Source: Candidatus Iainarchaeum sp. (GTDB taxonomy: Archaea > Iainarchaeota > Iainarchaeia > Iainarchaeales > GCA-2688035). From it: a stretch of 40,241 nt of DNA. The notes under the pieces were generated by a model, which worked only from the letters and a program-made list of their open reading frames with translations, did not search any database and was not told the DNA's origin. Positions 1-8,373 of this stretch are shown piece by piece (the stretch's first letter is position 1; the number at the start of each line of letters is the position of its first letter). A program made the translations under genes and the position numbers. The DNA is taken from positions 1 through 40,241 of the forward strand of contig JAFGDB010000062.1 in assembly GCA_016932355.1 (NCBI GenBank), in the 5' to 3' direction.

Positions 1-237
1 AAGGAGCAACCAATTGTGAGGTGAAACCGTTCAAAACAACCGATTGCCTTCCTGTCGGGGGTGATTCAAATTATAGGAGGTTTATTTCCTGTACTAATTG
101 TTGCCTGCCATTTATAAAGGGCTTTTGGTACAATAGCTTAATAGTACAAAAATCGAAGCAGGCTTCATTCCACCAAATATTGCAGGGCTTGGCCTGTTTT
201 GAAAAGATTTAAATTAATTACCGGGAGCAAAAATGTT

Positions 238-984
238 ATGGAAAAGGCAAACCCAAGGGTGCTCATAGCAGCGCCGGTAACATCATACAAGGAAGAGGTT
301 ATTGGAGAATTCCTCAAGGGCCTGCAGGCCCTTTCCTACAAAAACAAGGAAATTCTCCTACTTGACAACAGCCCTGAAGAGGAAATGTTCAACAGGCTCA
401 AGAAAGAGAAGGGCATAAGGGTAGAGAAAACCAAGCACTTGGGGAATGCAAAGCAGGCTGTTGCAAGGGACAGGGAGCAACTGAGGCAAACAGCACTCAA
501 GGAAGGATTTGATTATTTGCTTTTCCTGGACCAGGATATTGTTGCACAGGAAAACCTGGTTGAAAGGCTTTTAGAATGGGAAAAGCAGGTTTGCTGCGGC
601 CTGTACTTCAACTACTTTGAGTCAAGGCTGGCGACAGGCGAAAAAATGGTTGACTTTGCGCCAGTTTACTACACATGGTTTGACCCTGAAATAAGGGAGA
701 TTGGGATAAGCAAGCAGCTGGGCTATGCAAGCGTTTTCCCAGGCAGGCTTATGGAAATAAAGAAGGGCGGCCTGGGCTGCTGCCTAATACACAAAAGCGT
801 TCTGGAAAAGGTGAACTTCAGGCTTGAGCAGAACGCAGCATACCACGCAGACTTTGCCTTCTTCAAGGACTGCGAAAGGCAGGGCATAAAGGCCTGGCTT
901 GACAGCTCAATCCTGTGCAGGCACATTATAACAGTGCCAAAGGAACAGGCTTTCAAGGAAGGGTGGGGTGGAAAAAATGCCTAA
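238..984 (+). CDS. Glycosyltransferase family 2 (GT-A fold)
   Basis: N-terminal VLIAAP, LLLDNS, DxD motif in FDYLLFLDQD, GLGCCLIHKSVL, ADFAF, WLDSSILCRH. ATG at 238 preferred over the TTG at 199. Confidence 0.85.
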   Translation: MEKANPRVLIAAPVTSYKEEVIGEFLKGLQALSYKNKEILLLDNSPEEEMFNRLKKEKGIRVEKTKHLGNAKQAVARDREQLRQTALKEGFDYLLFLDQDIVAQENLVERLLEWEKQVCCGLYFNYFESRLATGEKMVDFAPVYYTWFDPEIREIGISKQLGYASVFPGRLMEIKKGGLGCCLIHKSVLEKVNFRLEQNAAYHADFAFFKDCERQGIKAWLDSSILCRHIITVPKEQAFKEGWGGKNA

Positions 985-1675
985 CCAAAAGCAGGAAAAT
1001 GAAGGAAACCCAAGGCTGCTGGTTGCAGGAATTGTAAGCGTGAAAGACAAGCAGGCTCTGCTTGATTTCCTGAAAGGCATTAAAGCAATTGACTATGAGA
1101 ACAAGGAGGTCCTGCTGCTTGACGCAAGCAAGGAACCTGAAAGCATGAGCGTTTTTGAGGAAATAAAGGGCATAACATTTGAGAAGGCTGCTGAAAAGGG
1201 AAGCCAGGCTGAAACAATTGCATTCAACAGGAACAGGCTGGCTGAAGCAGCATTAAAAAAGGGCTTTGGCTACCTGCTTCTCGCTGACCTTAGCCAGCAG
1301 CTGCCGGGCAATGCAGCAAAGCAGCTTTTAAGCAATGGAAAAAAGCTTTGCTTTGGTTTGTGCCTGAAGCCTGTTACACTCAAGATAAGCAAGGGGGCAG
1401 AGGAATTTTACCTGAGGACAATGAACCCAATGGCAGCAAAAACCCAGGGAAAAAAGCTTTCAGGCCTGCAGCTTGAGGAAATATTCCCAAGCAGGCTGAT
1501 AAAGACCGATGCCTGCTTCCTCGGGTGTGTGCTAATCCACAAGGATGTATTGAAAAAAGTGAAGTTCCGGTCTGAAAGGGAAAAAGAGGACTTTGAATGC
1601 TTTGCCGAAGACTGCAAAAAGCAGGGCATTGAGCAGTGGATTGACACAGGCGTTGTGTGCAAAATGCAGCCCTGA
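977..1675 (+). CDS. GT2-like paralogue of the upstream gene, DxD motif degenerate
   Basis: Collinear with the upstream protein (NPRLLVAG, YENKEVLLLD, FPSRLIK, LGCVLIHKDVLKKVKFR, WIDTGVVC) but LADLS replaces LDQD. Overlaps the upstream stop. Confidence 0.75.
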   Translation: MPNQKQENEGNPRLLVAGIVSVKDKQALLDFLKGIKAIDYENKEVLLLDASKEPESMSVFEEIKGITFEKAAEKGSQAETIAFNRNRLAEAALKKGFGYLLLADLSQQLPGNAAKQLLSNGKKLCFGLCLKPVTLKISKGAEEFYLRTMNPMAAKTQGKKLSGLQLEEIFPSRLIKTDACFLGCVLIHKDVLKKVKFRSEREKEDFECFAEDCKKQGIEQWIDTGVVCKMQP

Positions 1676-1676
1676 A

Positions 1677-1739
1677 TCACTTAACAAAAACAATTGCCTT
1701 CCTGCTTCTCGGGCCGTCAAATTCCGCAAAGAAAACCTC
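1677..1739 (-). pseudogene. yjbQ: Orphan 3' end of a yjbQ (UPF0047) allele: EVFFAEFDGPRSRKAIVFVK*
   Basis: Manual minus-strand translation gives the YjbQ C-terminal E-F-D-G-P-R-x-R motif, homologous to SCYFVEADGPRQRKIFVK in the intact gene at 3283-3681. Not in the ORF track. Confidence 0.85.
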
Positions 1740-1892
1740 ATCACCTCCAATATTGGAATTTTTTCTTAGGACTCTGATTTTCTCGGCTTAAACCTTTACA
1801 CGACTAAGTCTGGCAATTTTGGTGTAAAGGATTTAATGTCTCCAAAATCCGCAGAGACGTCCACGAAAAAAATTCATTAAATCGGAGGTGAT
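1740..1892 (+). promoter_or_regulatory. Nested inverted-repeat leader able to sequester the GGAGGTGAT RBS
   Basis: ATCACCTCCAAT (1740-1751) / ATCGGAGGTGAT (1881-1892); GAATTTTTTC (1756-1765) / GAAAAAAATTC (1865-1875); CCTTTACAC (1793-1801) / GTGTAAAGG (1822-1830); ATGTCTC (1836-1842) / GAGACGT (1854-1860). Confidence 0.65.
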
Positions 1893-1898
1893 TCAGTT

Positions 1899-2042
1899 AT
1901 GGATTTCAAAAAGTTTGATTTCCCTCTTCCTAGTGAGGAGGAAATAAGAATTGTAAAGGAAATAGCGAGATTCGCACCAGCGGAGCTTGATGGAAGAGAC
2001 AGGTGGGTTCTGCGAGAGTTTCTGGGGGGCGATTTCAAATGA
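1899..2042 (+). CDS. 47-aa leader ORF MDFKKFDFPLPSEEEIRIVKEIARFAPAELDGRDRWVLREFLGGDFK
   Basis: Perfect GGAGGTGA RBS 7 nt upstream. Its TGA overlaps the endonuclease ATG (ATGA, 2039-2042). Below the ORF-track cutoff. Confidence 0.6.
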   Translation: MDFKKFDFPLPSEEEIRIVKEIARFAPAELDGRDRWVLREFLGGDFK

Positions 2043-3286
2043 AACGCCATTTTTATTCAACCACCGGAACACCACTCTTCCAAAACCACTTTAAAACCCA
2101 AAAACAAGAATTATCTGACAAAGATATGAAAAGCTTAAAATCTGAATATCTATACCCAGCAATCCACTGGTGGCAATTTCCTCTGGATAGGTTCTCAATC
2201 GAATTAGACTCCAAATATAAGAAAACTCTTTTTGAAAGGATCTATGAAGAGCGAAGAAAATCAAACCGCTTTAGTAAATTTTTAAATGAAAAATCTAAAA
2301 TATATGGTAAAAACTGGACTTTTAAAAAACAGCGGTTTCTTTTGTATGAATATAAAAAACACCAAAAATTTGTCCCTGCTTGGGTTATTTTCTGCACAGC
2401 CACTTATCTTGGAGTTGAGCTACTTGAAATTGAAAAGAAGATAGAAAGCTATATAAGCTTCAGAGGACGTTTAGTGGTTTCAGAGCCAAAATTGCCAGTA
2501 AGAGTAACCCCGGAATTTACTGCAATAGCAATACACACCATGTGCGATGGATGTAATCATCTAGGATCGATAACTTACTTCCAAAGGGATAAAAAAGAAC
2601 AACTCAGATTTTCTAAACTTGCTGCTAATGTGTTTGGAACATACAGAGTAAAGGATAATAAATACTCTGAAATATTACCAAAGGTTTTTGGAGAGGTTAT
2701 TTCCAGTTATTATAAGATTACTGATTATTCAACTTTTGGGGCACGCATACCCGACAAAATAAAGAATAGCCCCTTCCAACATAGACTTGCTGCTCTTGTT
2801 GCTTTTATCCTGGACGAAGGAACCGTTAGCCTAGGCATCACTTTGCACTCTTCAAATAAATTGCTATTATTAGACATCTGTGAAATAGCAAAATCTTTGG
2901 GGTACCTTTGCAGAAAGATTCAGCAAAGAAAGATGCAAAAAACTTTAAACCCTTTTTTCAGATTTAGAATATCCCCAAAAAGCATTGGAAAATTATACAC
3001 AGACTTAATGATGCTTTACGAAAGATTTCCAAATTTAAATTTTAACAAAAAAATGCACAGAATCCAGAAAATTTGGAATACACAAACTAGAAATTGGAAA
3101 CAACGAAGGAAAGGCGAAACACGACAGCTTATAATAAACGAATTAAAAAAATCTAAAAAAACAACTTTTGAATTAAGCGAAAGCACAGGAATTTGTCTGA
3201 AAACCGTTTACCACCACCTTAAGAGAATAAGCAACCTATCAAAGATAAGAGAAGGAACTCAGATTTACTATGAAGTCTTAGACTAA
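2039..3286 (+). CDS. Double-motif LAGLIDADG endonuclease with C-terminal winged HTH
   Basis: Motif 1 PEFTAIAIHTMCDG, motif 2 LAALVAFILDEGTV, then SSNKLLLLDICEIAKSLGY. C-terminal ArsR-like HTH (TRQLIINELKKSKKTTFELSESTGICLKTVYHHLKRI). AT-rich codons unlike the flanking genes. Confidence 0.8.
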   Translation: MKRHFYSTTGTPLFQNHFKTQKQELSDKDMKSLKSEYLYPAIHWWQFPLDRFSIELDSKYKKTLFERIYEERRKSNRFSKFLNEKSKIYGKNWTFKKQRFLLYEYKKHQKFVPAWVIFCTATYLGVELLEIEKKIESYISFRGRLVVSEPKLPVRVTPEFTAIAIHTMCDGCNHLGSITYFQRDKKEQLRFSKLAANVFGTYRVKDNKYSEILPKVFGEVISSYYKITDYSTFGARIPDKIKNSPFQHRLAALVAFILDEGTVSLGITLHSSNKLLLLDICEIAKSLGYLCRKIQQRKMQKTLNPFFRFRISPKSIGKLYTDLMMLYERFPNLNFNKKMHRIQKIWNTQTRNWKQRRKGETRQLIINELKKSKKTTFELSESTGICLKTVYHHLKRISNLSKIREGTQIYYEVLD

Positions 3287-3681
3287 CCTTCAATTATCTT
3301 AACAAATATCTTTCGTTGCCTTGGCCCGTCTGCCTCTACAAAATAGCAACTTTCCCAGGTACCAAGTAGCAACTTGCTATTTTTGATGAAAATCAAGCGG
3401 CTGTTTCCAATAATTGCCGACTTAATGTGCGCATCACTATTACCCTCTCTGTGGGTATAGGGACCTGCCACAGGCACAAGCCTGTTCAAAGCATTTATCA
3501 AATCTGTTTGCACACTGGGGTCAGCACCCTCAGTTACAACAACTGCTGCCGTAGTGTGCGGGGAGTAGACAACGCACAAGCCCTCCTTCAGCTTTGCCTT
3601 TTCAACCGCCTTTTGCACCTCTCCGGTAATGTCAATCAATTCATTCCTCTTTTTGGATTTTATTGGGATTTCCTCAAACAT
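3283..3681 (-). CDS. yjbQ: YjbQ/UPF0047 family protein (secondary thiamine-phosphate synthase family)
   Basis: LIDIT, PHTTAA, HREGNSDAHIKS, LGTW, DGPRQR. ATG 3681 follows a GGAGGTG RBS. Stop overlaps the convergent endonuclease stop. Confidence 0.9.
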   Translation of the reverse strand: MFEEIPIKSKKRNELIDITGEVQKAVEKAKLKEGLCVVYSPHTTAAVVVTEGADPSVQTDLINALNRLVPVAGPYTHREGNSDAHIKSAIIGNSRLIFIKNSKLLLGTWESCYFVEADGPRQRKIFVKIIEG

Positions 3682-3736
3682 ACAAAACACCTCCAATTTT
3701 TCCGGAAAATTCTCTGGCTGCTGGAATTTGCAAAAA

Positions 3737-5140
3737 TCACTTTCTTATCTTTTCCGCAATTATTTTCTGCACAGCCCTTGGCTCTGCCTTTGCCTTTGTA
3801 AGGCGCATTACCTGCCCTACAAGGAAGTTAAGGCTTTTCTCGTTGCCCATCTTCAGGTCTGCAACCGCCTTCTTGTTCTCTGAAAGGACCTTTTCAACAG
3901 CCTTTTCAATCTCCTTTTCACCCAAGTCCTTTGAAAGGCCCCTGCCCTCAACGAACCTGGTTGGCTTTACTCCCTTGGCAAGGTAAGCAACCACTGCATC
4001 CTTTGCAACCTTCTCAGTAATCTTCCCTGAGAGAAGCATTTCAAGCAGCAGGCCAATCTCGCCTGAATCTAAATCCAGGGAATCCAGGTCAAGCTCGCTC
4101 CTGTTTACAACAGCCATTAGCTCCCTTGTCAAAAACTTTGCAGCAGCCTTTGCATCCACAGATTTTGAAATTTCCTCAAAAAGCAGGCCCAAATTGAAAT
4201 TCCTTGCAAGCACGTTTGCAGTGTACTCATCCAAGGAAAATTCTTTCATAAAGCGCTTTGACTTTGCAGCATGCAGCTCAGGCATTTTAGCCTTCATTTC
4301 TTCAATTTCACCTGAAGACAGCTGGATTGCGGTAAGGTCTGGCTCAAAGATGTAGCCGTAATCAGCCTCTGTTTCCTTGCCCCTGGTTGACCTTGTGGTC
4401 ATTGTTTTTTCGTCAAAGGAACGGGTTTCCCTCACAATTTCCCTCTCATCAAGAAGAAGGCGCTTCTGCCTTGCAACCTCAAACTCCAGGGCTTTGCCCA
4501 CTGCCTTTTTCCCTGTAACGTTCTTTACCTCAACCCTGGAATTGCCGTAAACGCTTACATTGCAGTCTGCCTTCAGTGTTCCTGTTAGTGGAGAATAAAC
4601 CTTGAGGTAGGAGAGGATTGTTGTAAGCTGGTCAAGGAAGTCTTGAGCCTCCTCAGGGCTGGCAAAGTCAGGGTCTGTTACAACCTCAACCAGTGGAATT
4701 CCAGAGCGGTTGTAATCCACTAGGGAGAAGTTGCTTGCACCCATCCCTGCCTCGTGCACTAAAGCAGCTGGGTCCTCCTCCAAATGCACCCTTGTAATGC
4801 CAATCTTTTTCCCAGTGCTTAGCACAAGGTGGCCCTTCAGGCCAACCGGAATTTCGTACTGGCTTATCTGGAAGTTCTTTGACATGTCAGGATAGAAATA
4901 TGTTTTCCTGGAGAAGAAAAATTCCTTGTTCACCTCGCAGTTAAGGGCAAGCGCCACCTTCAGCGCATAATCAAGGGCCTTTGCATTCAGCACAGGCTTG
5001 CTTCCTGGATGGCCAAGGCAGATTGGGCAGCAGCTGCTGTTTGGCTCCTCTGCTGCTGTAGGGCAGCCGCAGAAAAGCTTGCTTTCAGTGTTAAGCTGGA
5101 TATGGCACTCCAACCCAATTACCACTCCATCCTTTTCCAT
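3737..5140 (-). CDS. gatB: Asp/Glu-tRNA amidotransferase subunit B
   Basis: IGLECHIQL, KLFCGC, RKTYFYPD, QISQY, HLEED, DYNRSGIPLVEVVT, VEVKN, ETRSFD, NFLVGQVMR. Confidence 0.97.
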   Translation of the reverse strand: MEKDGVVIGLECHIQLNTESKLFCGCPTAAEEPNSSCCPICLGHPGSKPVLNAKALDYALKVALALNCEVNKEFFFSRKTYFYPDMSKNFQISQYEIPVGLKGHLVLSTGKKIGITRVHLEEDPAALVHEAGMGASNFSLVDYNRSGIPLVEVVTDPDFASPEEAQDFLDQLTTILSYLKVYSPLTGTLKADCNVSVYGNSRVEVKNVTGKKAVGKALEFEVARQKRLLLDEREIVRETRSFDEKTMTTRSTRGKETEADYGYIFEPDLTAIQLSSGEIEEMKAKMPELHAAKSKRFMKEFSLDEYTANVLARNFNLGLLFEEISKSVDAKAAAKFLTRELMAVVNRSELDLDSLDLDSGEIGLLLEMLLSGKITEKVAKDAVVAYLAKGVKPTRFVEGRGLSKDLGEKEIEKAVEKVLSENKKAVADLKMGNEKSLNFLVGQVMRLTKAKAEPRAVQKIIAEKIRK

Positions 5141-5880
5141 TAGATGCTCACCTTCATTAAGTCCCTTGCAAGCAAAACCCTGCCATTGAAAAAGCGCTTT
5201 GCCTTTCCCCTGCTCTCTACTTTGTCAGTTTCAGGGTAAAAATGGGTAAGCATAAGCCTCTTTGCATTGGCTGCAGCAGCAATCTGGCCTGCCTGCTCTG
5301 CGGTCATGTGGTGCCTTACCCTCTTTAAAACACTGCATTCAAGGATTAGAAGGTCTGCATCTTTTGCAAACTCAGCCAAAGCTTTGTTATAGCCGCAGTC
5401 TCCGCCGTAAACAATCCTCTTGCCTGAAGCGCTGACGCTAATTGCAAGCGAGTTTCCAACATGAGGAACCTTGATTGCATGGACTGTGAATTTTCCGGCC
5501 TTTTCTTTCCTCGATGAAAGCTCTTTAACAGAGGCCCTTGTTTTTTTAAGCTGGGGGTAAAGCAATGAAAGGCCTTTGAAGAACTTTTTAATCCCCTTTG
5601 GCCCGAAAATGCTGAACTTTGCAGGCGTGCCAAGGAATTCGTGCATTACAAAGCGCGAGAAGCAAAACGCGCTCAGGTCATTTATGTGGTCAGAGTGAAA
5701 ATGCGAGAAAAACAAGCTGTTAATTTTTGTAAAATCAAAGCCTGCCCTCTGCAATTGTTTTAGGCAACCGAAGCCCAAATCAAGGATTATGTCAGTGCCA
5801 GCATGCGAAACAATATAGCCAGAGGGGTACCTCCCCTTGCCGGAGGCTGAACTGCCGCTTCCCAAAACAGTTAGCCTCAT
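5140..5880 (-). CDS. Metallo-beta-lactamase fold hydrolase, RNase Z/ElaC-like
   Basis: LTVLGSG, SHFHSDH, VPH, GGDC, LILEC, HMT, LTHFYP. Start and stop overlap gatA and gatB. Confidence 0.85.
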   Translation of the reverse strand: MRLTVLGSGSSASGKGRYPSGYIVSHAGTDIILDLGFGCLKQLQRAGFDFTKINSLFFSHFHSDHINDLSAFCFSRFVMHEFLGTPAKFSIFGPKGIKKFFKGLSLLYPQLKKTRASVKELSSRKEKAGKFTVHAIKVPHVGNSLAISVSASGKRIVYGGDCGYNKALAEFAKDADLLILECSVLKRVRHHMTAEQAGQIAAAANAKRLMLTHFYPETDKVESRGKAKRFFNGRVLLARDLMKVSI

Positions 5881-7295
5881 TTCAAGGCCTCCACTGCAAG
5901 GCTTGCCTGCACCATTTTCCCTTCACCCATATGGTCTGCTGTAAGCATTAGGCCAACAGGCATGTTCTCATGCTTTCCAACTGGAATTGAAGCATGCGGC
6001 ATTCCAGCGAGGTTTGCAGGAACAGTGCACAGGTCCATTGCATACTGCTGCAGCGGGCTTAGCTTGAAGATTGCCTCAAAAGTTGGCGCAACCAATGGCA
6101 TTGTTGGGTTTGCAAGGACATCAACCCTGGAAAAGGCCTTCTTGAATTCTTTTATCAGGGCGGTTCTTGCCTTCATTGCTCTCAAATAGTAGGCATCGCG
6201 GAAGCCTGCCATCCTTGCAAAGGTGCCAAGCAAAATTCTTCTTTTGGCCTCTTCACCAAAGCCGTTGCTTCTGACCTTTGAAAAGTATTCGTCAAAGCTA
6301 CCCTCAAGCTTTTCGTGGAGGCCATAGCGCATTCCGCAATACCTTGCAAGGTTTGTGCTTGCCTCTGCTGTTGAGATAAGGTAGTAGGCTGAAATTCCGT
6401 ACTTTGAGTTTAGCGGGAGAGAGATTTCCTCTGTTTTCATTCCAAGACTGTCAACCGCTTTCAAGCATTCCTTTTTTACATGGGCATCGCAGTTCTCAAA
6501 AAGCTCTTTCACAATCCCAATCTTCAACTTTTCAGGTACAAGCTTTGAAAACTCCTCTTTCTCCTGTTTCAGGGAGGTGCTGTCATTGGCGTCATGGCCT
6601 GAAATCACTTCAAGCAGCAGGGCAGCGTCCCCAACAGTTTTTCCAATGCTGCCGATTTTGTCAAGCGAGTTGGCGTAATCAATTAATCCAAAGCGCGAAA
6701 CCCTGCCATAAGTTGGAGTAATGCCAGCAACGCCGCAAAAGCTGGCAGGGCATGCAATGCTGCCTCCAGTGCTCTGCCCAATGCTTGCGTGCGTTTGCTT
6801 TGTCAAGGCTGCAAAGCCAGCTGAACCCCCCGAGCTTCCGCCGCAGGCCCTCTTGATGTCGTGCGGGTTTTTCGGGATTTCAAATCCAAGGCCAACATTC
6901 GTGCTGAAAGTGCCAAAGCCAAATGCATCCTGCGAGGTTTTCCCAATAATTATTGCACCCTCTGCCCTTGCCTTTTCAATCACTGTTGCATCAAACAATG
7001 GTTCGTAACCTGAGAGAATTTATGAGCCGGCCCTGCTCTCCATGTTCTGCACGCATATGCAGTCCTTTACTGATAAGGGAACACCGAGGAGCTTTCCCTT
7101 GTGCCTCCCTGTTTTAATGCTTGCCTCAACCTCTTTTGCCTGCTTTAAGGCGGATTCCCTTGCAATCAGATTGAAGTGGTTGTATTGTGAATTTGTTTTC
7201 TCTGCCTCTTCCAGGATTTTTTCAGTGTGCTCCAGGACAGAGATGCTTCCCTTTTTTACCTCTGAAACAAACTGCTTGATTGGAAGGGCAGGCAT
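5877..7295 (-). CDS. gatA: Asp/Glu-tRNA amidotransferase subunit A, interrupted by one in-frame TAA at 7020-7022
   Basis: Track ORFs 7020-7295 and 5877-6998 are in the same frame: GVPLSVKD...AGS*ILSGYEPLFDATV...GGSSGGSA...STGGSI..PASFCG...EAKRRILLGT. Confidence 0.92.
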
Positions 7296-7296
7296 T

Positions 7297-7590
7297 TCAC
7301 ATCACCCTCGGGCCCATGAAATAGCCCTGCTTTTTGTTCTTTGTGTTCTTCAAGGATTGGTCCTGGCTTAGGCATTTTTCAACCTTGTCTTCGCGCATGA
7401 CATTTACAAGCTTTATTGGCTGGAAGCTTGGCTGCTCTTTCTCTACATCAAGCTTGTCAAGCTTGGAAAAGGCCTCAAGCATTTCCTGCAGCTGGGGCAG
7501 GAATTCTTCAATCTCCTGCTCGGTTAGGTTTAGCCTGGCGTTGGCTGCAACCCTTAGAAGAAGGGCCTTGTCTACCTTTTGTTTCGGCAT
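7297..7590 (-). CDS. gatC: Asp/Glu-tRNA amidotransferase subunit C
   Basis: VAANARLNL, NVMRED, GYFMGPRV; directly upstream of gatA. Confidence 0.93.
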   Translation of the reverse strand: MPKQKVDKALLLRVAANARLNLTEQEIEEFLPQLQEMLEAFSKLDKLDVEKEQPSFQPIKLVNVMREDKVEKCLSQDQSLKNTKNKKQGYFMGPRVM

Positions 7591-7597
7591 GAAAACC

Positions 7598-7629
7598 AGG
7601 AATATTAAAGGGTAAAAGGAATATTAAAG
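7598..7629. repeat. 13-bp direct repeat AGGAATATTAAAG x2 in the gatC promoter region
   Basis: Copies at 7598-7610 and 7617-7629. Reads CTTTAATATT (TATA-like) on the minus strand. Confidence 0.6.
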
Positions 7630-7681
7630 TTTATGAAAGCAGGCAGCCGGAAAAAGAGGTTTTAAATACCGGAAAAGGCAA

Positions 7682-8371
7682 ATGATTAATATGGCAAAGA
7701 GAATTGGGCTTGATTATATTCCGGACAGCGAGTGGGCAAAGCTGAGGAAAGAGGTTAAAGGCGCAGGCGGCAGGGTTCTTCTCCTTGTGCACCCTTTTTA
7801 TAATGAAAAATTAATAAAGAAATTTCCAAAATACCTTGAAGTGGTTGAAAACCTCTTGAAAAAGTCAAAATGGCCAATTGTTGTTTTGCAAGGGTTTGAA
7901 AACATACCACAAACAAAGGAAAGGTTAAGGAAATTAAAGGCAAGAAATGTTTTGATTATTCCAACTGCAAATCACAGTTCTGCCACAATAAGAAAAAAGA
8001 CAACATGGAAAGAGATATTGGACCACAAACAAGAACAATTGATCAAGTGCCTTGCACAAAAGGCAGGGGTAAAAAGTGTTTATGTTGGCGGCATGTATGC
8101 TTCAACATCAGGTAGTGCGAAGTCTGTTGAAGAATATGAAGCAGGATGGCTTGCAGAAAAATTACAGGGAAGGAAAAGCAGATTTGAGTATGTAGAAAGG
8201 CCATTTACAGGCGGGTGCGCAGGAGCGACCTATGAATATCTAATAGAGTCTGGAAAATTTAAAAAAGTGAGATGGGTTCCAAACGCAAGGCTTGACGGAT
8301 GGAAAACAGATTTAAGCCGGCCATATGTTGCACCCAGGACTCAACCAAGAGTAAAGATTCACAGAAAATAG
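7682..8371 (+). CDS. Hypothetical basic protein, possibly cysteine-hydrolase-like fold
   Basis: 229-aa AT-rich ORF filling the gap between gatC and aspS. TTTAAATA upstream. Motifs LLLVHPFY, VYVGG, GGCAGATY. Confidence 0.7.
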   Translation: MINMAKRIGLDYIPDSEWAKLRKEVKGAGGRVLLLVHPFYNEKLIKKFPKYLEVVENLLKKSKWPIVVLQGFENIPQTKERLRKLKARNVLIIPTANHSSATIRKKTTWKEILDHKQEQLIKCLAQKAGVKSVYVGGMYASTSGSAKSVEEYEAGWLAEKLQGRKSRFEYVERPFTGGCAGATYEYLIESGKFKKVRWVPNARLDGWKTDLSRPYVAPRTQPRVKIHRK

Positions 8372-8373
8372 CG

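Larger units (their letters stand above)
1740..3360 (+). mobile_element. Free-standing LAGLIDADG homing-endonuclease element inserted in yjbQ, carrying a replacement yjbQ 3' end (right boundary approximate)
   Basis: AT-rich block flanked by the old yjbQ tail (left) and a divergent new yjbQ tail (right). Contains a fold-back leader, a small ORF and the endonuclease ORF. Confidence 0.7.

Noticed and set aside
1846..1860. AATCCGCAGAGAC resembles a group I intron core segment, suggesting the endonuclease insert is an intron
   Set aside because: It lies on the strand opposite yjbQ, I found no matching P7 partner, and yjbQ is already complete without splicing.
2039..3286. Endonuclease as an intein
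   Set aside because: Stand-alone ORF antisense to the host gene, with no Hint motifs and no terminal His-Asn.
1742..3697. CACCTCCAAT at 1742-1751 and 3688-3697 as a target-site duplication
   Set aside because: Both copies are explained by RBS or anti-RBS sequence, and removing the interval would leave only a yjbQ tail rather than an intact gene.
7020..7022. TAA reassignment or Sec/Pyl recoding in gatA
   Set aside because: TAA is a normal stop in many genes here (984, 18368, 39033), and Sec and Pyl use TGA and TAG.
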